This document shows positions 56,264-64,000 of a stretch of 64,000 bases of DNA, one piece after another. The notes beneath the pieces were generated by a model. It searched no databases. It saw only the letters and a list, made by a program, of their open reading frames with translations, and had not been told where the DNA came from. Source of the DNA: Polyangiales bacterium (GTDB lineage: Bacteria > Myxococcota_A > Polyangia > Polyangiales > Polyangiaceae); NCBI GenBank assembly GCA_038230375.1, contig JBBRNJ010000019.1, positions 1-64,000 on the forward strand. The letters run 5' to 3'. Within the stretch, counting starts at the first letter, position 1, and each line of letters opens with the position of its first letter. The position numbers and the translations under genes were made by a program.

Positions 56264-57760
56264 CTACTTCGCGTGTGCGCGCGATGCGCCCTTCGTCTTC
56301 TTCCGGCTGCTCGCGCTGTTCTCGCCCTTGTGCGCGTTCCCGCGCGAGGCCTTCTGGGCCTTCAACGCGAGCCCTGCATGCACGGGCTCCGGCTTGCGCT
56401 TCGCAAGGTAGTCGATGAGATCGATCTTGGTGACGATGCCCACGACGCGCGTGCCGTCGAGGGCGATGGCGGCCTTCGCGTCGGCGAGCACGCCTTGCAG
56501 GAGCTCGATCTTCGTGTCCGGCGTGACGGTCGCGTAGTCACCCTCGATGAGCTCCGCGATGCGTGAGTCCAGCGTCTTGCTGCCAGAGACCAGGTGGCGA
56601 AGCAGGTCGATCTCGCCCACGATGCCGACGAGCTTGCCCTTCTCCACGACCGGGAGCTGGCTGATGCCGAGCGACTTCAGCGTGGCGATCACGTCGCGCA
56701 CCTTCGAGCTCGGCTGCGCCGTGACGATCTTCGCGCGCTTGTGCGAGACGAGGAGGTCATGCACGGTGCCCAGGCCCGGCTGGTCGTCCATGAAGCCGTT
56801 CTCGCGCATCCAGTCGTCGTTGAAGATCTTCGACACGTACTTCTGGCCGGAGTCGCACAGGAAGACCAGGATCTTCTCCGGCTTCTTCAGCTTCGCGGCG
56901 TACTTGATCGCGCCCGCAACCGCCGCGCCGCCGGAGCCACCCACGAAGATGCCTTCCTGGTGCGTGAGCGCACGCGTCATCAGGAAGCACTCCTTGTCGT
57001 CCACGCGGATGATGTCGTCCATGATCTTGAGGTTCATGGTGGTGGGGAAGAAGTCCTCGCCGATGCCCTCTACCTTGTACGAGAACGGCTTGGTGATGCG
57101 GCCGGTCTTCACGAAGTCGTAGTAGAGCGAGCCGACGGGATCGACACCGACGAGCTTCACGTTCGGCATCTTCTCGCGCAGGTACTTGCCGGTGCCGCTG
57201 ATGGTGCCGCCGGTGCCCATGCCCGCGACGAAGGTGTCGAAGTCGCCCTTGGTCTGCTTCCAGATCTCCGGGCCGGTCCAGAGGTAGTGAGCCTCGGGGT
57301 TCGCGGGGTTGTGGTACTGGTTCGCGTAGAACGAGTTGGGTGTCTCGTCTGCGATGCGTCGCGACACCTTGTAGTAGCTGCGCGGATCCTCGGCGTCGAC
57401 GGCCGTGGGGCACACGACGACCTTGGCGCCGAACGCGCGCAGTCCGGAGATCTTCTCCTGGCTCATCTTGTCCGGCATGATGAAGATGCACTTGTAGCCG
57501 CGCACGGCAGCGAGCAGCGCGAGCGATGCGCCCGTGTTGCCGGACGTCGCCTCGACGATGGTGCCGCCGGGACGCAGGCCTGCTTCTTCCGCGCGCCGCA
57601 GCAGGTTCCAGGCGAGGCGATCCTTGTGACTGCCACCTGGATTCAGGTACTCGCACTTCACGTAGATCTCGCTCGCCACGCTCGCAGCTACGCGGTTCAA
57701 GCGAATGATAGGCGTGTTGCCGACTGCCTTGGTGATGTCCTCGAGAGCGCCGTGCATCAT
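56264..57760 (-). CDS. Cystathionine beta-synthase (PLP-dependent, C-terminal CBS domains)
   Basis: VGNTP, NPGGSHKDR, EATSGNTG, GMGTGGTISG, EGIGEDF, SQLPVV, TKIDLI. Confidence 0.92.
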   Translation of the reverse strand: MMHGALEDITKAVGNTPIIRLNRVAASVASEIYVKCEYLNPGGSHKDRLAWNLLRRAEEAGLRPGGTIVEATSGNTGASLALLAAVRGYKCIFIMPDKMSQEKISGLRAFGAKVVVCPTAVDAEDPRSYYKVSRRIADETPNSFYANQYHNPANPEAHYLWTGPEIWKQTKGDFDTFVAGMGTGGTISGTGKYLREKMPNVKLVGVDPVGSLYYDFVKTGRITKPFSYKVEGIGEDFFPTTMNLKIMDDIIRVDDKECFLMTRALTHQEGIFVGGSGGAAVAGAIKYAAKLKKPEKILVFLCDSGQKYVSKIFNDDWMRENGFMDDQPGLGTVHDLLVSHKRAKIVTAQPSSKVRDVIATLKSLGISQLPVVEKGKLVGIVGEIDLLRHLVSGSKTLDSRIAELIEGDYATVTPDTKIELLQGVLADAKAAIALDGTRVVGIVTKIDLIDYLAKRKPEPVHAGLALKAQKASRGNAHKGENSASSRKKTKGASRAHAK

Positions 57761-57857
57761 GGTGGGCGCAACATGCCGGGGTTGCGCGCGCGGCGCAAGA
57801 CGCTTCGAGCCGGACGTGCGCGTTCCCACGCGCGCTGTCGCCGTGTCGCGTTATAGG

Positions 57858-58538
57858 ATGGGAAGAATGCCGCTCCGCGTTGACCCGCCAGCGACGGAGG
57901 AGGAGCTCATGGAACGGGCGCGCGCGCTCACCGGGCGGACGCTCGGCGCGATCGCGGAGGAGCTGCGAATGGCGCTCCCGGACGACCCCGTGCACGGGAA
58001 GGGCAAGCCCGGCGAGCTGCTGGAGCGCGCGCTGGGCGCAACGGGCGGCTCGCGCGCGGAGCACGATTTTCCGGAGCTCGCGATCGAGCTGAAGTCGATC
58101 CCCACGGATGAGAAGGGGGCGCCGCGCGAGTCGACATATGTGTGCAAGATACAACTAGAGGACGCGGACTCCGTGGAGTGGGAGGACAGCTGGACGCGGA
58201 AGAAGCTGTCGCGCGTGCTCTTCCTGCCGGTCGTGACGCCGGATGACTCTGCGATGCTCGAGCGCGTCGTGGGGACGCCCGTGCTCTTCGTCCCCACTGC
58301 CGAAGAGGAGCGGGTGCTGCGAGCGGACTACGAGGACGCGATGGGGCTCATCGCCACGGGTCGCGTGGAGGAGCTCACCGCGCACACGGGAACGTGGCTC
58401 CAGGTCCGACCAAAAGCCAGAGACGGCTCCGCACGCACGCTGACCTTCGGTCCCGAGCGAGAAAGAATTCTCGCCATGCCACGAGGCTTCTACCTCCGCC
58501 CATCGTTCACCGCAAAGGTCCTCCGCAAGCCGCGCTAG
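57858..58538 (+). CDS. mutH: MutH-family (MutH/Sau3AI) endonuclease
   Basis: KGKPGELLE..LGA.GGS.AEHDF.EL.IELKSIP, LQVRPKA, PRGFYL..SFT align with E. coli MutH motifs. Confidence 0.88.
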   Translation: MGRMPLRVDPPATEEELMERARALTGRTLGAIAEELRMALPDDPVHGKGKPGELLERALGATGGSRAEHDFPELAIELKSIPTDEKGAPRESTYVCKIQLEDADSVEWEDSWTRKKLSRVLFLPVVTPDDSAMLERVVGTPVLFVPTAEEERVLRADYEDAMGLIATGRVEELTAHTGTWLQVRPKARDGSARTLTFGPERERILAMPRGFYLRPSFTAKVLRKPR

Positions 58539-59206
58539 ACGCCCGGAAGGGTCGCAGCCTCCTTCACGATCCACCACGTGAATGCGCGCGGGCCGTAGGA
58601 GTGCCTGGTGATGCGATAGCCATGTGCAAGCTCCCCGGTGATGTCGCACGAGTGCGCCGACCCCATCGACGTGGTGTCCCCGAATCGCAGATCGAATCGC
58701 TCGAGCACACCGTTCCCATCCAGCGCGATCTCGGCGCGGAACCGGCCCTCGCATGGCTCTTCGAAGAACCAGCAAATGCCCTCGAAGCTCACGCCGCGCT
58801 CGATAGGGGTGATCGTGTTGGGTGTGAAGCCGTCGGAGATGTCGCCGACCGGCAACAGTCGAGGCACCACGCAGTGCTCGAGTTCCTCGCAGAGGCGAAA
58901 GAGAGGCGTCTTGAGCTTGTAGCTCCCTGGCTCGAACGAACCGGTCGCCAGCATCTCGCCAATGAAGCCGGTGATCTTCTCCTCCATCCTCGCCACGGTG
59001 AATCGCGCTGGAAGGCAGGTCGTGACGAGCGACTCGATCACGTCCGCATAGGCAGCCGCGTCGTCCTCATCCGCCAGGATCTCGTGGCTCCGCGGCCCCA
59101 CACCACCGCGCGAGATCAGCAGGATGGCGGGATGGCGCCGCCGAGCGTGAGCGATGAACGCCCACGCTTCCTCCTCGGAGAGGTTCGACAGGATGGCCAC
59201 CGTCAT
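58535..59206 (-). CDS. Hypothetical protein
   Basis: 223-aa ORF with globular composition; RBS-like GGGGG; converges on mutH. Confidence 0.6.
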   Translation of the reverse strand: MTVAILSNLSEEEAWAFIAHARRRHPAILLISRGGVGPRSHEILADEDDAAAYADVIESLVTTCLPARFTVARMEEKITGFIGEMLATGSFEPGSYKLKTPLFRLCEELEHCVVPRLLPVGDISDGFTPNTITPIERGVSFEGICWFFEEPCEGRFRAEIALDGNGVLERFDLRFGDTTSMGSAHSCDITGELAHGYRITRHSYGPRAFTWWIVKEAATLPGV

Positions 59207-59222
59207 CGCCCCCCATCACAGC

Positions 59223-59320
59223 CGAGGTCGAGGTCGAAGTCGAGGTTGAGGTTGAGGTCGAAGTCGAGGTTGTGGTCGAAGGTCGAGGTCGAGGTCGAGG
59301 TCGGGGTCGAGGTCGAGGTC
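59223..59320. repeat. Intergenic (GAGGTC)n hexamer array
   Basis: About 16 degenerate GTCGAG/GTTGAG/GTCGAA units read directly. Confidence 0.9.
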
Positions 59321-60083
59321 ACTTCGCCGTGATCACTCCCAGGAGGCGCCCCGCGTGGTCCCCGTCTCTTCGGTACGAGTAGTACGTCTTCTCGTCGCAC
59401 CTCGTGCACCCGCCGACCTGATCGATTCGCGCTGCTTCCACTCCCAGCCGCGCGAGCTGCGCCGCCACCGCGACTCGTAGGTCCACCATCGCCTTCGCGG
59501 GCTCGTGCGTGGACGCGATGCACGTGGGTGCCGAGGCCGCTGCGATCTTCTCCGCGACCTCGCGCGACACCTCGAAGCAGCACGCGCCGATGCACGGACC
59601 TATCGCCGCGACCAGATCGCTCCCGTCGCGCGCGTGCAAGACGTCCAGTGCGCGCGCCACCACCTCCGCCACCACGCCCTTCCAGCCCGCATGGATCGCA
59701 GCGACCTGCCCCGTGCGTGTGTCGCCCACCAGCACAGGCACGCAGTCCGCAACACGCACGCCGACGGTGTCGCCCGCGTCGCTCGCGACCAACGCATCCG
59801 CCTCCGGGTAGCGCGCGTCCACCGTGCTGAACTTTCCGAGCGCAAGATCCTCGCGCGCGGGTACGAAGACCGTCGCGCCGTGGACCTGTTGCGCCTGGTA
59901 CAACCTGCGCGCCTCGAAGCCGAGCGCCTTCGCGAGCCGCGCCTGGTTCTCCTCCAGCGCTCCCGCGTCGCGCAGCAGGGCGAAGTCCGCCGAATCGAAC
60001 GGGGCCGCGCTCACGCCGCCGACCCGTGTCGTGAATCCATGAACGAAACCCGAACGCACGAGCAGGTCGCTGCGCTGCAGCAT
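59319..60083 (-). CDS. pgeF: Peptidoglycan editing factor / YfiH-family protein
   Basis: HGFTTRVGGVS, QVHG, ADCVPVL, HAGWKG, IGPCIG..CFEV, YSYRRD. Confidence 0.93.
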   Translation of the reverse strand: MLQRSDLLVRSGFVHGFTTRVGGVSAAPFDSADFALLRDAGALEENQARLAKALGFEARRLYQAQQVHGATVFVPAREDLALGKFSTVDARYPEADALVASDAGDTVGVRVADCVPVLVGDTRTGQVAAIHAGWKGVVAEVVARALDVLHARDGSDLVAAIGPCIGACCFEVSREVAEKIAAASAPTCIASTHEPAKAMVDLRVAVAAQLARLGVEAARIDQVGGCTRCDEKTYYSYRRDGDHAGRLLGVITAK

Positions 60084-60154
60084 CAAGACTGGCTCATCTC
60101 CAAACTCCGGCGTGAGCGAATCGTGTTATCACGGAACGTGGAATTTCACCCTGG

Positions 60155-61312
60155 ATGACCAACCCCGCGCAACCGAAGGATCCGTTCATCGGCCGTGACA
60201 TCCTGAGCGGCCAGTTCCAGATCCTCCAAAAAATTGGATCGGGCGGAATGGGGTCCGTCTACAAGGCGCTGCAGCCCGCCATGAACCGCATGGTGGCGGT
60301 GAAGATCCTCCACCCCAAGCTCACGAGCCGCAAGGACCTCGCGTCGCGCTTCCGTCGCGAGGCGCGCGCGATGAGCCACCTCACGCACCCGAACACCGTG
60401 AAGGTGTTCCTCTACGGCGAGCTCGAGGACGGCTCGCTCTACATCGTGATGGAGTTCCTCGAGGGGAAGAATCTCAACCAGGCCGTTCGCTCCGAGGGGC
60501 CCATGCCCGTCGAGCGCGCTATCCCGATCCTCGTGCAGGTGTGCAACGCGCTCGAAGAAGCGCACCGCGCGGGCATCATCCATCGCGACCTCAAGCCAGA
60601 GAACATCTTCCTGTGTCAGCAGGGCGGCATCAAGGACTTCGCCAAGGTGCTCGACTTCGGGCTCGCGAAGGTCACCGAGCGCGAGATGCGCCCCGGCTCC
60701 GTCATCCTCACGCAAGAGGGCATGGTCTTCGGAACGCCGGAGTTCATGAGCCCGGAGCAGGCGCAGGGAAAGACGCTCACGCCCGCAAGCGATCTCTACT
60801 CGCTCGCCGTCATCCTCTACGAGGCCCTCACCGGCAAGCTCCCGTTCATCGCGAAGAACGCGATGGAGTACATCCAGCTGCACGTCACTGCGAAGCCCAC
60901 GCCCATCCAGGACAACGCGCCGCCGGGGCGAACGTTCCCGCCGCTCCTCTGGACAGTGTTGAAGCAGGCGCTCGCGAAGGAGCCCCAGGAGCGCTTCATG
61001 ACCGGGACCGAGCTCGCGGCCGCGCTATCTGCCGTGCTGGCGGGCGCCACGGAGCTTCCAAAGATCGCGATGGTGCCGCAGGCCATGCCCTCGTCACCTG
61101 CGTCCGTGCCAGGTTCTGCGATGACGCAGGGCGGGCAGGCGGGGCAGATGATGCAGCCGCAGGGAGGACCACAAGGGCCCACCGGGATGGTCTCCGTGCG
61201 GCCGCAGAAGGCAAAGGGCATGTCCGTGGGCATGTTGGTCGGCGTTGCAGCCGTCTTCATGATCGTGGGCATCGTCGCCACATTGCTCGTCCTCAAGGCG
61301 ACGGGCCGGTAG
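60155..61312 (+). CDS. Hanks-type Ser/Thr protein kinase with C-terminal TM helix
   Basis: GSGGMGSV, VAVK, HRDLKPEN, DFG, GTPEFMSPEQ, DLYSL. Confidence 0.95.
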   Translation: MTNPAQPKDPFIGRDILSGQFQILQKIGSGGMGSVYKALQPAMNRMVAVKILHPKLTSRKDLASRFRREARAMSHLTHPNTVKVFLYGELEDGSLYIVMEFLEGKNLNQAVRSEGPMPVERAIPILVQVCNALEEAHRAGIIHRDLKPENIFLCQQGGIKDFAKVLDFGLAKVTEREMRPGSVILTQEGMVFGTPEFMSPEQAQGKTLTPASDLYSLAVILYEALTGKLPFIAKNAMEYIQLHVTAKPTPIQDNAPPGRTFPPLLWTVLKQALAKEPQERFMTGTELAAALSAVLAGATELPKIAMVPQAMPSSPASVPGSAMTQGGQAGQMMQPQGGPQGPTGMVSVRPQKAKGMSVGMLVGVAAVFMIVGIVATLLVLKATGR

Positions 61313-61441
61313 AGAAAGTTGCCAGCTCCACGGTGTGCGCGCACGCACATCGTGAGGTGATGGACGGTCCGCGCGCACGGAACCGCATCGATTCACGCTG
61401 GAAAGATGCGGTGTGGCTGTCTCTATCGTAGCCTTTGTCCC

Positions 61442-63796
61442 ATGCTCGGGAAAACGCGTCGTTCGTGGCAGTGGTCCGTACTTGGTGTCGTGGTCCTTGG
61501 TGCTGGCCTTCTTGGCGCATGCGGGAGCGACAAGGGTTCGGACTTCCAGGACACCAGCAACGGGGATGGTGGCGGCGGTGGTGGTGGTGGCGGCGGTGAA
61601 GCAGGTCCAGGCCCGCTCGGCGGCGGTGGTGACTCCGGAACTGGCGTCAAGGTAGCGTTCGACGTCGCGCCGAGCGGCATCCAGACCATCACCGTGACAG
61701 CGGGTACCAACACGCCAACGGTGAAGTTCACGGCGACGGCAAATGGCAACTCCGCGGCTGCCAAGTGGCAGCTCGATCGCGGTGACATCGGCACCATCAA
61801 CGCAGGCCCTGCCAGCACCGGCACCTTCGTTCCGTCGGGCACCGTTGGCGGCACGGTGAACGTGACCGCGTCGTATGGCCAGGCGGTCGTGAAGCGTCAG
61901 ATCGTCGTGAAGCTCACGTCGAAGCAGAGCGGCGCCACGGCGGGCGAGTCGTCACAGGTCGCGACCACCGTGGCCGAACTCACGGCAGGTGGCGGCATCG
62001 GTGGCGTCGGTGGCGAGGGTCTTGGTGGCGCAGTCGCCGATGCGCCCACGCTTGCAGCGCTCGACGCGCCCACGAGCGACGGCACAGCGCAGGGGCTCAA
62101 GCTGCTCTACCCGTACGACAGCACGGTGTGGCCGCGCGGCATCCTCGCGCCGCTCCTGCAGTGGGACTGGACCACGGGCGACGCAGACGCCATCAAGCTG
62201 GAGCTCGCATCCACCAGCGGCAGCTACTCGTGGACGGGCACGTTCGCTCGTCCCGCGATCCTTGCGATGACCGGCGGCAGCTTCATCCGGCATCCCATCC
62301 CGCAAGACGTCTGGGCCGCGGCCACAGCGTCGGCGGGCGGCACGGACAAGCTCACGCTGAAGATCACTGTCGCGAAGGGCGGCGTGGGCTACGGCCCGTT
62401 CAAGCAGACGTGGACCATCGCCACCGGCCGCCTCTCCGGCATCATCTATTACAACTCGTACGGAACGAACCTCGCGAAGAACTTCGGCGGCGCCGTTGGC
62501 GGCGATCACAAGTTCGGCGGTGCCGTGCTCTCGATCCACGTCGGTGACACCGCGCCCAAGCTCGTGGCAGGAGACAACACCAACTGCCGCGTCTGTCATT
62601 CGGTTGCATCCGGTGGAGCACGCCTCGTCGTGCAACGCGGCGACAACTACAGCACCACCTCCGACTACGACCTGGATTCGATGGGGGGTAGCACGGAGAA
62701 GCCGCTCACCACGAACGCGAACTTCGGCGGCATCTACCCGGACGGCTCCAAGTTCCTCTCGGAGACGGGCGGTCTGCGCGGGCTCCCCGACGACACGGTG
62801 GTGCTCCCCACCTCTGGCGTCCCCGCTGTCTCCACGAGCCTCGGCCCGCCCACATTCTCTCCGGACGGCAAGCTCGTCGCGTTCAACATGATCGCGGGAC
62901 CCACTGCGAACCCCGGGCAGAAGCTCGGCGTCATGAACTTCAACCCGGCCACGGGTGACTTCACGAACTTCCTCGCCGTGGTCGACGACACGGGCATGCC
63001 CGCCGAGACGCGTCCTGGTTGGCCGGCGTTCCTGCCGGACGGCAAGTCGCTCGTGTTCCACCACCAGAGCAGCGCGGGCAACGACGGCAACGGCAGCGCG
63101 GACCTCCACACGCGCTCCAAGGCGAAGGCGCAGATCCACTGGGCGTCGTCCACCGCCGCCGGCGTGACGAAGCTGGATGCACTGAACGGCATCGGCTCGG
63201 GCGGTACGTCGTACCTGCCCAAGCTCGCAGTGCCCTCGGCGGTCACGTGCACCGCTGACGGGCCCGACGTCTCCATCGACAAGGACCACGGCGACGACAC
63301 CAACGTGAACTACGAGCCCACCGTGAACCCCGTTGGCTCTGGCGGCTACGCGTGGGTCGTCTTCACCAGTCGTCGCATGTACGGCAACGTCGCGACGATC
63401 CCGCCGTACTGCAGCGACCCACGCGGCGTGGACCTCGTCACGAACATCACGCCAAAGAAGCTCTGGGTCGCCGCGATCGACCTGAGCGCGACGCCCGGCG
63501 GCCCCGACGCGAGCCACCCTGGTTTCTACCTCCCCGCACAGGAGCTGCTCGCCGGCAACGCCCGCGCGTTCTGGGTGCTCGACCCGTGCCGCACTGACGG
63601 CTCGTCCTGCGAGAGCGGCGATCAGTGCTGCAACGGCTACTGCGAAGCAAACGGCGACGCCGGCGCGCTCATCTGCTCCAATACGATTCCGTCGTGTGCG
63701 AGCATCGGTGACAAGTGCAAGGTCGCGGCCGACTGCTGCGACTCCAGCGCGAAGTGCATCGGCGGCTTCTGCTCGCAGTCCGGCCCGCCGCACTGA
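61442..63796 (+). CDS. Large lipoprotein with TolB/PD40-like beta-propeller and Cys-rich tail
   Basis: Lipobox LGAC; PTFSPDGKLVAF, PAFLPDGKSLVF, WVVFTSRR; CRVCH; terminal C-x-CC repeats. Confidence 0.75.
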   Translation: MLGKTRRSWQWSVLGVVVLGAGLLGACGSDKGSDFQDTSNGDGGGGGGGGGGEAGPGPLGGGGDSGTGVKVAFDVAPSGIQTITVTAGTNTPTVKFTATANGNSAAAKWQLDRGDIGTINAGPASTGTFVPSGTVGGTVNVTASYGQAVVKRQIVVKLTSKQSGATAGESSQVATTVAELTAGGGIGGVGGEGLGGAVADAPTLAALDAPTSDGTAQGLKLLYPYDSTVWPRGILAPLLQWDWTTGDADAIKLELASTSGSYSWTGTFARPAILAMTGGSFIRHPIPQDVWAAATASAGGTDKLTLKITVAKGGVGYGPFKQTWTIATGRLSGIIYYNSYGTNLAKNFGGAVGGDHKFGGAVLSIHVGDTAPKLVAGDNTNCRVCHSVASGGARLVVQRGDNYSTTSDYDLDSMGGSTEKPLTTNANFGGIYPDGSKFLSETGGLRGLPDDTVVLPTSGVPAVSTSLGPPTFSPDGKLVAFNMIAGPTANPGQKLGVMNFNPATGDFTNFLAVVDDTGMPAETRPGWPAFLPDGKSLVFHHQSSAGNDGNGSADLHTRSKAKAQIHWASSTAAGVTKLDALNGIGSGGTSYLPKLAVPSAVTCTADGPDVSIDKDHGDDTNVNYEPTVNPVGSGGYAWVVFTSRRMYGNVATIPPYCSDPRGVDLVTNITPKKLWVAAIDLSATPGGPDASHPGFYLPAQELLAGNARAFWVLDPCRTDGSSCESGDQCCNGYCEANGDAGALICSNTIPSCASIGDKCKVAADCCDSSAKCIGGFCSQSGPPH

Positions 63797-63835
63797 CCCA
63801 CGCCACCGCCTTCGGATCCTGATAGCTTCGGCCCC

Positions 63836-64000
63836 ATGCAGCAAGGAATGCCTGGTGGTCCGGAGCCGAAGAAGGGGATGAGCACGCTGACGATCGTCCT
63901 GATCGTCATCGGTGTTCTCCTCGTGCTCGTGGGTGGAACCTGCGCAGTCGGGGTCGTCCTCATCGGGCGCGAGGCCAAGAAGATCAGCGACGACCTGGGC
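63836..64000 (+). CDS. Hypothetical membrane protein (3'-truncated)
   Basis: MQQGMPGGPEPKKG followed by a TM helix; open to the window end. Confidence 0.55.
   Translation, partial: MQQGMPGGPEPKKGMSTLTIVLIVIGVLLVLVGGTCAVGVVLIGREAKKISDDLG

Noticed and set aside
62580..62600. CxxCH (CRVCH) as evidence of a cytochrome c
   Set aside because: A single motif in a Cys-rich beta-propeller lipoprotein is insufficient without cytochrome context

Overview
High-GC bacterial chromosomal window, most likely Myxococcota (Polyangiales-like). This is inferred from the RpoB/RpoC style, two Hanks-type Ser/Thr kinases and many Cys/Gly-rich lipoproteins. It holds the 3' part of rpoB and all of rpoC, with a small lipoprotein gene between them. 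It also carries tRNA-Ala(CGC), ppc, uppP, kup, tyrA, kbl/tdh, cystathionine beta-synthase, a MutH homologue, pgeF and many envelope genes. No CRISPR array, integrase, transposase or rRNA was seen. The most notable items are: (1) an 8-gene co-oriented envelope protein-folding block (25252-33532, minus strand) headed by a secreted leader ending in an RPP motif, with two triple-DsbA proteins (one FKBP-fused), a beta-barrel, DUF4349, ECF sigma/anti-sigma and a Spy/CpxP-like gene; (2) a ~175-nt rod-like structured RNA candidate at 17584-17758; (3) the rpoB-lipoprotein-rpoC arrangement; (4) a MutH homologue outside Gammaproteobacteria; (5) a frameshifted/split multi-ClpX-zinc-finger locus; (6) GTCGAG-type hexamer arrays used in different reading frames. 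All product calls come from recognising motifs by eye; no database searches were run. Several start codons were moved from the ORF track and are best estimates.
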